From Candidatus Sumerlaeia bacterium (GTDB lineage Bacteria > Sumerlaeota > Sumerlaeia > SLMS01 > JAHLLQ01): a DNA stretch of 64,000 bases. Made by a program: the position numbers and the translations under genes. Shown one piece after another: positions 27,950-38,091 of this stretch; position 1 is the first letter of the stretch, and every line of letters begins with the position of its first letter. The notes under the pieces were generated by a model that saw only the letters and a program-made list of their open reading frames with translations, did not search any database and was not told the origin of the DNA. The stretch covers positions 26,378-90,377 of the forward strand of contig JANQSL010000171.1 of NCBI GenBank assembly GCA_028284075.1, read 5' to 3'.

Positions 27950-29755
27950 ATGACATGCCCCGACCTTCGCTCTTTTCTGGATCACCTTCGCCATCGAGGC
28001 GAGCTTGTGGAGATTACGGCTCCTGTCGACGCTGATCAGGAGATTGCGGAGATTCACCGTCGAGTCATTTCAGCCCGAGGACCGGCGCTGCTTTTCACGA
28101 ATGTGAAAGGAGCTCGGTTTCCGGTGGTCACCAATCTGTTTGGCTCGACAGAGCGGACCTTCGCAGCCTTCGGAGAGAGACCGGGTAATTTTGTCCGAGA
28201 CGCCGCGGACTTTGCGGTTCACTCGATGCCGCCAACTCCGGGCAAACTGTGGGATGCCCGGGACCTCATTCGGCAGGGGCTTTCCATCGGAATGCGCCGC
28301 ATGGCGGAGGCTCCCATTGCAGATGTGATGGAGGAACCTCGCCTCAACAACGTTCCAATGCTCAAGCTCTGGCCGGAAGATGGTGGTCATTTCATGACCC
28401 TGCCGCTGGTGCTCACGGAAAGCCCGGAAGACGGGCGTCCCAATCTCGGGATGTATCGCATTCAGCGTTACGACAACCGTCGTACCGGTATTCACTGGCA
28501 GATTCACAAGGGTGGCGGTTATCATTATTCGGAAGCGGAAGCGCGGAATGAGCCATTGCCCGTGACCATTCTTGCAGGCGGCCCCCCTGCTTTGATGCTT
28601 GGGGCAATCGCTCCGTTGCCGGAAGGCGTACCTGAGTTGCTGCTGTCATCGCTGTTGCTTGGAAAGCGCCTTCCGGTTCTGCGCAGGAAGTCATGGCCTC
28701 ATCCTATTCCCGCCGACTGCGAATTTGCCTTTCTCGGCCATGTTCCTCCACATAAACGCCGTGACGAAGGCCCCTTTGGCGATCACTACGGGTACTACAG
28801 CCTGAAACATCCTTACCCCGTGTTTCATTGCCGGCGCGTCATGCGCCGCCGCGATGCCATCTGGCCCGCGACGGTTGTCGGAAAACCCCGGCAGGAGGAT
28901 TTCTTCATCGGCGACTATCTTCAGGACCTTTTGAGTCCGCTTTTCCCGCTGGTGATGCCTTCCGTGCGTGCATTGTGGTCCTATGGCGAAACAGGCTTTC
29001 ATTCGCTGGCGGCAGCCGTTGTTCATGATCGTTACCCCCGCGAGGCCATGGCTTCCGCCTTCCGCATTCTGGGGGAGGGGCAGCTGTCTCTGACGAAGTT
29101 TTTGCTGGTTCTCGACAAACCCTTGAATTTGCAAGACTTTCCAGGTGTGCTTCAGCATGTCCTTGAGCGTGTGAATTGGGAGACGGATCTTTTTATTTTC
29201 TCCAACATCGCCATGGATACACTCGATTACGCGGGACCGGAGGTGAACAAGGGCAGCAAGGGAGTCATCCTCGCTCTTGGCGAGTCCGTTCGCGAGTTAT
29301 CCGGGGAATTCAGAGGCAGTGCGCCTTCTGGTGTGGAGAACGTTCGTGTCTTTTGTCCTGGCTGTTTGGTTGTGGACGGTCCGAGTTACGAGGTGGACGC
29401 GGAGTTTCCAAAGAAACTTGCTCAGTCCGGTTCGCTCAAGAACTGGCCGTTGATCGTCCTTTGTGACCGCCCGTCGCAGGCGGCGGCCAGTACCATTAAC
29501 TTTCTCTGGACGACCTTCACCCGTTTCAATCCCGCAACGGACCTGTATGGTTCGGAGGAGCGTATCGTTCAGGGTCATATTGCCTACAGCGGTCCGGTAG
29601 TCCTGGATGCACGCGTCAAGCCCTGGTATCCGAAGGAAGTGTTCGCGGCACCGGACGTGGCGAACCTGGTGAGCCGCCGTTGGAACGAATACTTTCCCGG
29701 CGGCAACGTGGAGATGGGTTCCAGCGATTTGGGAGATTTGACGCCGGACAGTTAG
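27950..29755 (+). CDS. UbiD-family (prFMN-dependent) decarboxylase
   Basis: GPALLFTNVKG, NLGMYRIQ, EGPFGDHYGYY, VVGKPRQED, DTLDY. Start re-called at MTCPDLRSF. Confidence 0.92.
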   Translation: MTCPDLRSFLDHLRHRGELVEITAPVDADQEIAEIHRRVISARGPALLFTNVKGARFPVVTNLFGSTERTFAAFGERPGNFVRDAADFAVHSMPPTPGKLWDARDLIRQGLSIGMRRMAEAPIADVMEEPRLNNVPMLKLWPEDGGHFMTLPLVLTESPEDGRPNLGMYRIQRYDNRRTGIHWQIHKGGGYHYSEAEARNEPLPVTILAGGPPALMLGAIAPLPEGVPELLLSSLLLGKRLPVLRRKSWPHPIPADCEFAFLGHVPPHKRRDEGPFGDHYGYYSLKHPYPVFHCRRVMRRRDAIWPATVVGKPRQEDFFIGDYLQDLLSPLFPLVMPSVRALWSYGETGFHSLAAAVVHDRYPREAMASAFRILGEGQLSLTKFLLVLDKPLNLQDFPGVLQHVLERVNWETDLFIFSNIAMDTLDYAGPEVNKGSKGVILALGESVRELSGEFRGSAPSGVENVRVFCPGCLVVDGPSYEVDAEFPKKLAQSGSLKNWPLIVLCDRPSQAAASTINFLWTTFTRFNPATDLYGSEERIVQGHIAYSGPVVLDARVKPWYPKEVFAAPDVANLVSRRWNEYFPGGNVEMGSSDLGDLTPDS

Positions 29756-29878
29756 AAGTAACGCGGTTTGTCTGGAGTCTTCTCGTAAAGTCGGACGGCA
29801 ATTGACAGAGTGTGGAAAAACAGGCGGCTTCTTGCGAAGCCGCCCGAATTGCAATCCGTATCGGACTTGCGAGAGTTT

Positions 29879-30583
29879 CTATTCGGAATCCTTGCGCGTT
29901 TGTTCCCCGCCAATATCTTTGGTCGTGTCTTCCAGCTTCTGTGTATCCGCGTGCTCGACAACTTTCTTCGAGGTGGAATGAGCAAAGAGTCCATTGCCAT
30001 TCCCATTGCGTGCTTTCGCTCTCCAGTCGGATTCGAGCGCCTCTTCCAGTTTTGGAAAGAAACGAACCACGAGCACGTTGGAGCAGTTGATAATTGTCCA
30101 GCCGCCCTCTTCGTTCTCGGCATAAATCGGACGGCCTGCGAAGAGCAGTTTTTGTGCGTGTGGCTTGTCGGGCGGCGCTCCGATGATTTCAGTGTATCGC
30201 AGATAAACGATTTCGCCGCTCTTGAGCCAGAGTTTCGCGAATCCCGGACACCAGTCGCCACGCTTTGTGTCCATGCGCTGCTCCGCCAGCCCCGGTCCTT
30301 CATCGCGAATGCGGGACTTCCAGTCCGACTCGCTCATGACGCGCATTTCTTTGGTGCCTGCGGGCGGTTTCCACCTCGGAACACTGCCGTTGATGAAATC
30401 CATGCGCTCGACGCTTGCCGCAGGGATCGTAAAGGTTGAGTCCTCCGCGTTAATTGTCAGCCTCGATCCGGAGCTGAGACGCGTCGGGCCGGCGACTTCG
30501 ACGACTTCCTTCGCTTCCTCATCCGTGCAGGTGAACTTGAGTTCCGTGCCGCTGACCAGCCGCACCTTGATATCGAGAGCCAT
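29879..30583 (-). CDS. Hypothetical protein with two similar small beta domains
   Basis: GAGG RBS. IKVRLVSGTELKF / AKLWLKSGEIVYL and TIPAASVERMDF / IINCSNVLVVRF internal repeat. Confidence 0.65.
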   Translation of the reverse strand: MALDIKVRLVSGTELKFTCTDEEAKEVVEVAGPTRLSSGSRLTINAEDSTFTIPAASVERMDFINGSVPRWKPPAGTKEMRVMSESDWKSRIRDEGPGLAEQRMDTKRGDWCPGFAKLWLKSGEIVYLRYTEIIGAPPDKPHAQKLLFAGRPIYAENEEGGWTIINCSNVLVVRFFPKLEEALESDWRAKARNGNGNGLFAHSTSKKVVEHADTQKLEDTTKDIGGEQTRKDSE

Positions 30584-30660
30584 CGGCGTACCTCGTGGCG
30601 ATGAAGGGGTGACGATTCCTGCAGATCATCCTACAGCATTTTCCCGTCCGCGAGCGAAAA

Positions 30661-32046
30661 TCACGAGGCTCGCACATAGCGGGCGATGAAGAATCCGTCA
30701 GTTTGATGTACGGACGGAAGGAGTGTTACCGTGTGCTTTGGGGAGAGCGTTCCGGGGAAAAGAGACGCTTGGTTGAGACGGAAGGGTCTAAACCCCATTT
30801 TTTCAATGATTTGGAGTTGGTCAAAGGTTTCTTCCGGCTCAAAGCTGCAAACAGCGTAGACAAGCGCTCCGCCTTTCTTGACGAGCGGAGCGTAAGTCTC
30901 GATGCACTCACGCTGGAGCGCTGCTGTTTCCTTCAAACGGTCTGCGAGGGAGCCTCGCAGCATCAATTCCGGTGATCGGCGCAGTGTTCCGAAACCAAGA
31001 CAGGGTGCATCGATCAGAACGCTATCGTAAGGGCTTTTGTCTCTCGATGTGCCTGGTTTTTGGAGCCGAATGCAGGATGTTCCCGCTCGGCCAAGGCGTT
31101 TGCGCAGGCCTTCAAGACGTTCCTCCGACGCATCATGAGCGAAGACTTCGCCCTGGTTGTGCATCAGTGTGGCCATGTGCAGCGATTTGCCGCCACCGCC
31201 CGCGCACGCATCGAGAACCCGCCAGCCGGGCTGCGGGGAGAGGGCGAGGGAAACGAGCTGACTACCCTCATCCTGTACCTCAAACCAGCCGTCGTTGTAC
31301 GACGCAAGCGGACGCAGGTTTGCTTTTTTGAGAACTCGCACTCCGTCCCGCGACCATTTCGATGCCTCACATGGAATCTGGTTCTCGTTAAAGGCACCGA
31401 CGACATGACGTCGTTTCGTTTTCAGGCGATTGACACGGACGTCCAGGGGTGCTGGTCGACCCATGCTCTCAAACAGCGCGGTTGCTTTGTCAGGGCCGAA
31501 TCGTTGAGCCCATCGTTCCACGAGATCGCGTGCAATGGACCATCTGGCGGATTCCCGCACGACTCCCGGCGCCATTGTGAGATCCGGATCCCGGCTGAGG
31601 CGAATGGCAAACTCCTGCAGGTCGGCGGCATCTTCATGGTTCTCACCACCGCTCGCACGCAGCGCTGCAATAACGAGCCGCACGGCATCGTCCGGTTTGG
31701 CACCGCAGTCTTCCATAAGCCAGCGGATCATCGCGAAGAGTGCCTCACGTTCCGATGGTATTGCTTCGGGGACGGCCTGGGCTTCTTCCCATTCAAAGGC
31801 CGGAACTTTGCGATCTGCCCACTGAAGAAGCGTCAGCAGTCGGATCCGAGCCCGCAGCATTGCGGATGCGGAAGCTGCCAGGAACCGTCCGGGGCTTCCC
31901 GATATCCTGGCCTGCGTCCGCAGGAATCTGCCGATGACATCCATTGGCGGGTAAGGTTGAACGATGAGTTCCCTATACAACTGGGAGAGCCAGCCTCGAA
32001 GCTGATCATGGCGCGGGGATTCTGGAATCAGACGGTGGGCGTCCAT
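30661..32046 (-). CDS. RsmB/NOP (Sun/Fmu) family RNA m5C methyltransferase
   Basis: VRVNRLK, EVQDEGSQL, LDACAGGGGKS, DAPCLGFGTLRRSP, YAVCS, TDGFFIA. Start uncertain (track 32214). Confidence 0.9.
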   Translation of the reverse strand: MDAHRLIPESPRHDQLRGWLSQLYRELIVQPYPPMDVIGRFLRTQARISGSPGRFLAASASAMLRARIRLLTLLQWADRKVPAFEWEEAQAVPEAIPSEREALFAMIRWLMEDCGAKPDDAVRLVIAALRASGGENHEDAADLQEFAIRLSRDPDLTMAPGVVRESARWSIARDLVERWAQRFGPDKATALFESMGRPAPLDVRVNRLKTKRRHVVGAFNENQIPCEASKWSRDGVRVLKKANLRPLASYNDGWFEVQDEGSQLVSLALSPQPGWRVLDACAGGGGKSLHMATLMHNQGEVFAHDASEERLEGLRKRLGRAGTSCIRLQKPGTSRDKSPYDSVLIDAPCLGFGTLRRSPELMLRGSLADRLKETAALQRECIETYAPLVKKGGALVYAVCSFEPEETFDQLQIIEKMGFRPFRLNQASLFPGTLSPKHTVTLLPSVHQTDGFFIARYVRAS

Positions 32047-32314
32047 TCGTCGGGCGGTTTGACCTGTTCGATGTCGTGTCGGAACGATTTCGGAAACCAT
32101 TGGAAGGACCAGAGTCGGGACACTATCGAAGAATCTCGTTAACTTCCCGGACGCGTCATTTGTACCACATGGAGTTGGGGGCTTTCCGGTGGCTTGATCA
32201 CGTTTAATCAACAAACCTCTGAGAACACCCGGGTTGAGCTTGCTTTCGTAAAAGTGGCCTCGCTATTGGTCCCGCCGCTCGGCGGTTCCGATGCCGGGTT
32301 ACCGGAGTCTCGCC

Positions 32315-33190
32315 ATGTCCGACCAGATTATCTATCTCGACGGCCGGTACGTTACCCGCGCTGAGGCGAAAATCAGTGTTTTCGATCATGCGGTTCTCTA
32401 TGGGGACGGTGTTTTTGAGGGTATCCGGCTTTACGGCGGCAACGTCTTCCGCCTGGAGGAGCACCTCGAGCGGCTCTGGGATTCGGCCCATGCCATCATG
32501 CTGGACATTCCCATGTCTCGTCAGGAGATGGCTGAGGCGGTTTGTGAGACATGCCGGCGCAATGAATTGAAGGACGGTTACGTTCGCCTTGTTGTCACGC
32601 GGGGCGAAGGTGACCTCGGACTTTCACCGAATCTTTGTCCGAAAGCGGGGGTTTTTATTATCGCCGCGAAAATCCGTCTCTATCCCGAGGAGTATTACGA
32701 GAACGGTCTGCCAATCATCACCGCTCCGACCAGGCGGCTTCCGCCGGACGCGTTTTCTCCCAGAATCAAGAGCTTGAATTACCTCAACAACATCGTTGCC
32801 AAGATCAATGCAATCAACGGCAAGGTGCTCGAAGCACTGATGCTCAATCAGGACGGGTTCGTTGTGGAGGCCACCGGCGACAATGTTTTCCTGGTGAAGA
32901 AGGGTGAGCTCATCACGCCACCAACATGGCTTGGTCCGTTGAAGGGGGTTACCCGGGACGCGGTTATGGAGCTGGCGGCAGATGAGGGAATCATGGTTCG
33001 CGAAGAGCCGTTTACGCTCTATGAGGTTTATACCGCAGATGAGGCGTTTCTCACGGGAACCGCTGCGGAAGTTATCGCGGTTTCTTCCGTCGACGGACGC
33101 CGCATCGGTGATGGCAAGCCAGGAGCCATTACACGTCGACTGCTGACCAGGTTCCGGGAGATCGTGACGGAACAGGGTGTAAGAATTTAG
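32315..33190 (+). CDS. ilvE: Branched-chain amino acid aminotransferase
   Basis: YGDGVFEGIR, IKSLNYLN (PLP Lys), EATGDNVF, LKGVTR, EAFLTGTAAEV. Confidence 0.95.
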   Translation: MSDQIIYLDGRYVTRAEAKISVFDHAVLYGDGVFEGIRLYGGNVFRLEEHLERLWDSAHAIMLDIPMSRQEMAEAVCETCRRNELKDGYVRLVVTRGEGDLGLSPNLCPKAGVFIIAAKIRLYPEEYYENGLPIITAPTRRLPPDAFSPRIKSLNYLNNIVAKINAINGKVLEALMLNQDGFVVEATGDNVFLVKKGELITPPTWLGPLKGVTRDAVMELAADEGIMVREEPFTLYEVYTADEAFLTGTAAEVIAVSSVDGRRIGDGKPGAITRRLLTRFREIVTEQGVRI

Positions 33191-33879
33191 GAACCCGGAG
33201 TCGGAGCGGGGTTCGCCGGGCGAAGAGAGCGCATCTCCGTCAGGACTTCCGAGTATTGTTCAAGGTCGGCCAGGTTGGTCCATTCCTGCGAATCCTCCAG
33301 GCGATCATAAAGCTCCTCACCACCATTTTCATAGCTGATGTAAGACCATTCTTTCGTGCACACACTGTGCGAATTCCGCGCACGGCTCGTGACAGCAATG
33401 TTTTCCCACTCCGCCTCAGGGTTCTCCAGCAACCCGACGAGACTTCTGCTGTCGGTTTTTGTTTCAGGCAGCCCACAGAGGTCGAGGATCGTTGCATGAA
33501 GATCCGTAAGGCTCATCACCGCATCCGCCTGCGATCGATAGTTTGCCAGACCTCCCTTGCATAAACTCCTGTCGTGGTCGGGAGAAGGTCCGTCAGGAGC
33601 GATTGCCGTGACGGGCCGCAGAGTGGCGACGGACAGTGGGCATTTGTGAAGAGCACGCCACGTTGAGCGAGACGATCAATGTTCGGTGTTTTGACGTCAG
33701 GGTGTCCGTCCATGCAGCCGGCCCAGGTGTTCAGGTCGTCCGCAATAATCACGAGAGTGTTCCAGTGCTTCGTGAGGGGCGACACCTTGCGCAAAGGTGG
33801 AAGCTCCGGTATTTGGAGAGGAGCAACCGGTCACGGCAGCCAGTGCAAGACCCGCGATGAGCTGGCGTTTCCGGGTCAT
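33187..33879 (-). pseudogene. Frameshifted, internally deleted sulfatase (choline/iduronate sulfatase-like) lipoprotein
   Basis: Three pieces in different frames: lipobox LAAVTGC; IIADDL...TPNIDRLA...LCGPSR (CxPxR); SLTDLHATILDLCGL...EELYD..D.QEWTNLA. The central region is missing. Confidence 0.82.
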
Positions 33880-36800
33880 TGTTCCTGTGCCATCGCGATT
33901 GATTTGACCTGACGAAGATCGACTTTGCCTGTTCCCAGAAGAGGGATTTTTTCCACATGAACAAAATCCTTTGTCCGGGGTAGCCAGAGATTCGGGATTG
34001 AACCGTCCGATGCAACCTGCCCGGCGGCTTTCCTCGCATCTTCCTCGGAAACGGTATGGAGAACCACGAGTCGCTCGCCTTTTTTATCGTCCGGAACACC
34101 TGTCACCGCGAAGACCTGCTCCGATGCATCGATGGCGGTTTGCAAAGCCTCCTCCACTCGAATGTGAGGAACCATTTCGCCGCCGATTTTGCTGAATCGT
34201 GACAGGCGGTCCGTGATTTCGATGAAGCCGCCCGCATCAATGCGCGCGATATCGCCTGTCGTGTACCATCCTTTGCGGAGGACCTCGCCCGTTTTTTCCG
34301 GCATTCCAAGATAGCCCTGCATGACATTGGGGCCGCGTACCAGCAGCAGGCCCTCCTTTTCGGGTTCCAGATCCCGGTGAGTCTCAGGGTCGACGATTCG
34401 AAGTGTGATGCCCGGCAGTGGCTGGCCTATCGTGCCTGGCTTTTGTCCTCGCTGGTAAATGCCCGGAGCACGGAAATCAGGCACGTTGAGGGAAACGATA
34501 GGCGAGCATTCCGTCGCTCCGTAGCCTTCCATGGGCTTGACGCCAAACTTTTCCTCGAAGGCACGGGCGATGGCCGGCCTGAGCTTTTCGGCGCCTGTCA
34601 ATACAGCCTGCAGGGATCCAAACTGGCGGGCTTCCACGCGGCGTGTGTAAGTTTGCAGAAAGGTTGGCGTCGCGACGAGGAACGTCACGCGGTTGCTTTC
34701 GACAACCTGGCCGATGCCCGCCGGGTCGACAGGGTTCGGCCAGTAGGCGACACGGATTCCGGCGGCGTGGGGCAGAAACAGTGTCGCGGTTGTTCCGAAG
34801 GAATGGAAGAAGGGAAGAATGCCGAGAATGCAGTCTCCGCGGTTGAGCGCGAACACTTCAGAGACGCCTCGCATGTTCGAGGAAATATTCCAGTGGGAGA
34901 GCATGACACCTTTTGGGACGCCGGTGCTTCCGCTGGAGAAGATGATGGTTGCCAGATCGTCAACGCTTCGCCCTGCGGGCGCGCCCATCATGTGTTCCAG
35001 ATAGGGGAGAGGAATGAAGAGAGCTCTTACCGCTCCCATAAACTTCTCGAAACCGGTGAGGCTTTCAAACAGATCTTCAACGAACAGGGGGTCACCCGGG
35101 ATTTCCACCTTCAATTTGTCGAGAAATTGTCGGGAGGTAATGACCCTTTTGATCCCGCACTGATCCATGATTGTTCTCATAACGTCGGAAGACGCCGTGT
35201 AGTTGAGATTCACCGGCGGTTTTCCACACGACAAAGCGGCATGATTCACAACAGCTCCGGCAATGGACGGCGGGAGACAGATTCCGGCCATCTGCTCGTT
35301 GGCGAGCGTTTCCCGCAGCCGTATGCCGAGTGCAGTGACCGCACCCACAAACTCCAGGCGTTTGATTCCCTCCGGCTTGAGTGCATCGCTCATGCATTTC
35401 TCGAAAGGCCTTCTTCGAGCTGACAGGAATGCTTCGTGATGCAGGGGCCGCGCCGCCGACTTGCGATGCGACCAGGCCTCCGATACAAGCCGTGCAACGG
35501 CTTTCCTGACGTCCGGAGCCTGGCTTTTCCGCGGGAGCGGTTTGCCAAAAGAGATTGTGACATGCTCCGGGATGCGCGCCGGCAGCTTCTGCAGCCAGCG
35601 GTCAGGCCGATAGCTCAGAAGTGTTCCGCGGACACGATCAAGACACATGGGAATGATCGGAGCTTCACCCGCATCTCTCATGATGCGCTCAAGCCCTTTG
35701 CGAAAAGGAAGTAACTGGCCCGTGCGTGAAATCTGACCTTCCGCAAAAATCAAAACCAGGTCACCGTGTGCAATCGCCTCCGATGCCTCTTTCATCGCGC
35801 GAATGACCTCCCTCGGAGGCATACGATCGGAGATGGGTATGGCATGGGAAAGCTTTGCAAAGGGCTTGATCAGGGGCTTGTTGTAGATGCCTTCGAACAT
35901 GATGGGCCGTACGGGCCGGTCCATCGCGGCAATGACGAGCAAGCCGTCCATATAGCTCATATGGTTGCAGACAATCAGCCCGCCTCCCTGTTCCGGCACA
36001 TGTTCGCGGCCGGTGACGCGCAGCCGGTAAACCGTATGAGTTGCGATGAAGAGAATCAGTCGAAGTGATGCGCCAGGGAGTGTCCATAGAGCAAAGAGGC
36101 CCATCACCAGGGTGAAAAGTCCCAGAGACAGAAACATTTGTTGGGCGGTGAAACCAAGAACACTGGTCAGAAGAAAGTAAACGGGGCCGCCGGAGATGAA
36201 GATTCCCGAGTACATCAGAAAATTCACGGTCCCGAGAACGCCGCCACGCGTCTCAGGTCTGGCTTTGTGCTGCACGAATGCTTTCAACGGAATAACGAAG
36301 AAACCCGAGAACAGACCGACCAGACTGACGTTGAGTCCCATCCAGAGCTCTGATGCCGGCATAAGATAGACCAGCATCGACAAACTGCCCATGAAGAAGG
36401 CCCCCAGCGGCACAAGACCCAACTCGATCTTGTCACCGGAGAGCTTCCCCGCGAGCCAGCTCCCCAACCCCACACCAACTCCGACATAGATAAAGAAACG
36501 GCTTGTTCCGAAACCGGAGAGGCCGAGTGTGTCTTCGGCAAGTTTCATGGCCGTTTGCAGTGCCAGCGCCGCCAGCGCCCACCAGAGAACGATACCAACG
36601 ACGGCTTGTAACATCCCCCGCGTTGCGAGAATTTCTGCGACGTTACGACGTGAATCCCGCACAGGGAACGGCGTGATTCGACGCTCCGGGCTTGCGGCGG
36701 GAACCTTGTTGATTCCGAAGCTCACAACAAGGCCCGCGATTCCGATAACCAGCAGAATTGCCAGAGGGACTCGAATGCCGAGGCCGTTTGCCTCGATCGC

Positions 36801-37313
36801 CGCCCCCCCCGCACTGGTTCCTATGATGGCGCCAAGAAAAGTGAGTCCGTCGATCCAGCCATTCGCCCAGGAAAGACGGCGTTCCGGCATGAGTTCCGGG
36901 ATAAGTCCATAAGTCGCCGGGCCGAAAAGGGCCATCCGGCAACCAAGGCACGTTAGAATTCCCAACGCCACGTACCAGGGATTGATAACAAGGGAAAGCA
37001 GCAGTCCGCCACCGATGACTGCGACTTCCGCGACCTTGGTTCCGACAACGACCGACCGTTTTGAGAATCGGTCCGCCAGCTGTCCCGCCATCAGCGACAG
37101 GAAAATCCAGGGTGCGGTGTAGAAGACCGCGACCAACGACCGATAATCATCGGGCGCCGCCCCCGCGGCAAGGGCCGCCTGGCTGGCGAGTAGCCACGCG
37201 ACCAGACGGAAAGCATTGTCGGCGAAGGTACCTTGCAGGACAACGCCCGCGAGTGCGCGGAAGGACAGGTCATCCGGTTTTGCGGGTTCAATGGAGGGTG
37301 AGATCTGACCCAT
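33876..37313 (-). CDS. aas: MFS (LplT-like) - acyltransferase - acyl-ACP synthetase fusion
   Basis: GQLADRFSKR MFS motif; NHMSYMD (HxxxxD) and FAEG; FSSGSTGVPKG, EGYGATE, TGDIA, DRLSRFSKIGGE. Confidence 0.92.
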   Translation of the reverse strand: MGQISPSIEPAKPDDLSFRALAGVVLQGTFADNAFRLVAWLLASQAALAAGAAPDDYRSLVAVFYTAPWIFLSLMAGQLADRFSKRSVVVGTKVAEVAVIGGGLLLSLVINPWYVALGILTCLGCRMALFGPATYGLIPELMPERRLSWANGWIDGLTFLGAIIGTSAGGAAIEANGLGIRVPLAILLVIGIAGLVVSFGINKVPAASPERRITPFPVRDSRRNVAEILATRGMLQAVVGIVLWWALAALALQTAMKLAEDTLGLSGFGTSRFFIYVGVGVGLGSWLAGKLSGDKIELGLVPLGAFFMGSLSMLVYLMPASELWMGLNVSLVGLFSGFFVIPLKAFVQHKARPETRGGVLGTVNFLMYSGIFISGGPVYFLLTSVLGFTAQQMFLSLGLFTLVMGLFALWTLPGASLRLILFIATHTVYRLRVTGREHVPEQGGGLIVCNHMSYMDGLLVIAAMDRPVRPIMFEGIYNKPLIKPFAKLSHAIPISDRMPPREVIRAMKEASEAIAHGDLVLIFAEGQISRTGQLLPFRKGLERIMRDAGEAPIIPMCLDRVRGTLLSYRPDRWLQKLPARIPEHVTISFGKPLPRKSQAPDVRKAVARLVSEAWSHRKSAARPLHHEAFLSARRRPFEKCMSDALKPEGIKRLEFVGAVTALGIRLRETLANEQMAGICLPPSIAGAVVNHAALSCGKPPVNLNYTASSDVMRTIMDQCGIKRVITSRQFLDKLKVEIPGDPLFVEDLFESLTGFEKFMGAVRALFIPLPYLEHMMGAPAGRSVDDLATIIFSSGSTGVPKGVMLSHWNISSNMRGVSEVFALNRGDCILGILPFFHSFGTTATLFLPHAAGIRVAYWPNPVDPAGIGQVVESNRVTFLVATPTFLQTYTRRVEARQFGSLQAVLTGAEKLRPAIARAFEEKFGVKPMEGYGATECSPIVSLNVPDFRAPGIYQRGQKPGTIGQPLPGITLRIVDPETHRDLEPEKEGLLLVRGPNVMQGYLGMPEKTGEVLRKGWYTTGDIARIDAGGFIEITDRLSRFSKIGGEMVPHIRVEEALQTAIDASEQVFAVTGVPDDKKGERLVVLHTVSEEDARKAAGQVASDGSIPNLWLPRTKDFVHVEKIPLLGTGKVDLRQVKSIAMAQEQ

Positions 37314-37538
37314 TTGGTTACCAGCTGATTCCTTATGATAGCAGTGGGGTGAGCGAATTTCACTCTTCGCGAGCGAGTTTCCATTTTGAGACGAGCAGTT
37401 CGTCAACGGTTGTTTATTATTTTTTGGCAAAAATCCGTCACTTCAACATCAAGCCGGCTGATTTGGGACAGGGCTGATGCCGTCATCCTTGACGTCAGGC
37501 AGTCTCTGATTCTTAGTGGTCGATACGGTCACGAACTT

Positions 37539-37904
37539 ATGTCTGAACTCGATCCCTACAGCCCCTACGAAGCTAACAGCGTGATTAGCACGGCGGAAGA
37601 GATGTTTCTGCTGATGTCCCGTTCGCCTGAATTCGCCCCCTTTTTGGGGCGTAGTGCGGGATTGTCGGACGAGGAACTGCGTTCCATCTTTGGTTTGGCG
37701 GTTGCCGCCATTCGGCGGGCGGGTCTGGGAGCGGAACCTGAATTTCAGGCGGTGCGCCAGCCGGTGGACAGCACGGCCGGGCTGAGCCGGGCCGCGCTGG
37801 AGACGCAAATCCGGGAAATGACGGAGGCGCTCGCGCGGCGGGAGGATCAGATTCGGGAACTTCGAAGCCGTCTCGAAAAGGCCGAAGCCCGGCGGCGGCC
37901 CTGA
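37539..37904 (+). CDS. Small hypothetical protein with C-terminal coiled coil
   Basis: MSELDPY...LETQIREMTEALARREDQIRELRSRLE heptads; lies just upstream of the mgl operon. Confidence 0.6.
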   Translation: MSELDPYSPYEANSVISTAEEMFLLMSRSPEFAPFLGRSAGLSDEELRSIFGLAVAAIRRAGLGAEPEFQAVRQPVDSTAGLSRAALETQIREMTEALARREDQIRELRSRLEKAEARRRP

Positions 37905-38091
37905 AGAATATTCGATTCCATAGACTTGGGGGCCGCAGGCGCTTTTCCCATGAACTCCCGCTTGCGTCCATGACGGTGTTTCTCGTTCCTGAATCCGTTG
38001 AACGGAGACGCCTGTCCGCACAGCGGATGAGACAAAGCGAATCCCGGCTCGCAAGCGGAGGGACCACTCCGATGAAGGCGGCCGAAAGCCC

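Noticed and set aside
38069-38090. Hammerhead-like CCGATGA...GAAA
   Set aside because: The core should be CTGATGA, and stems I-III cannot be formed convincingly.
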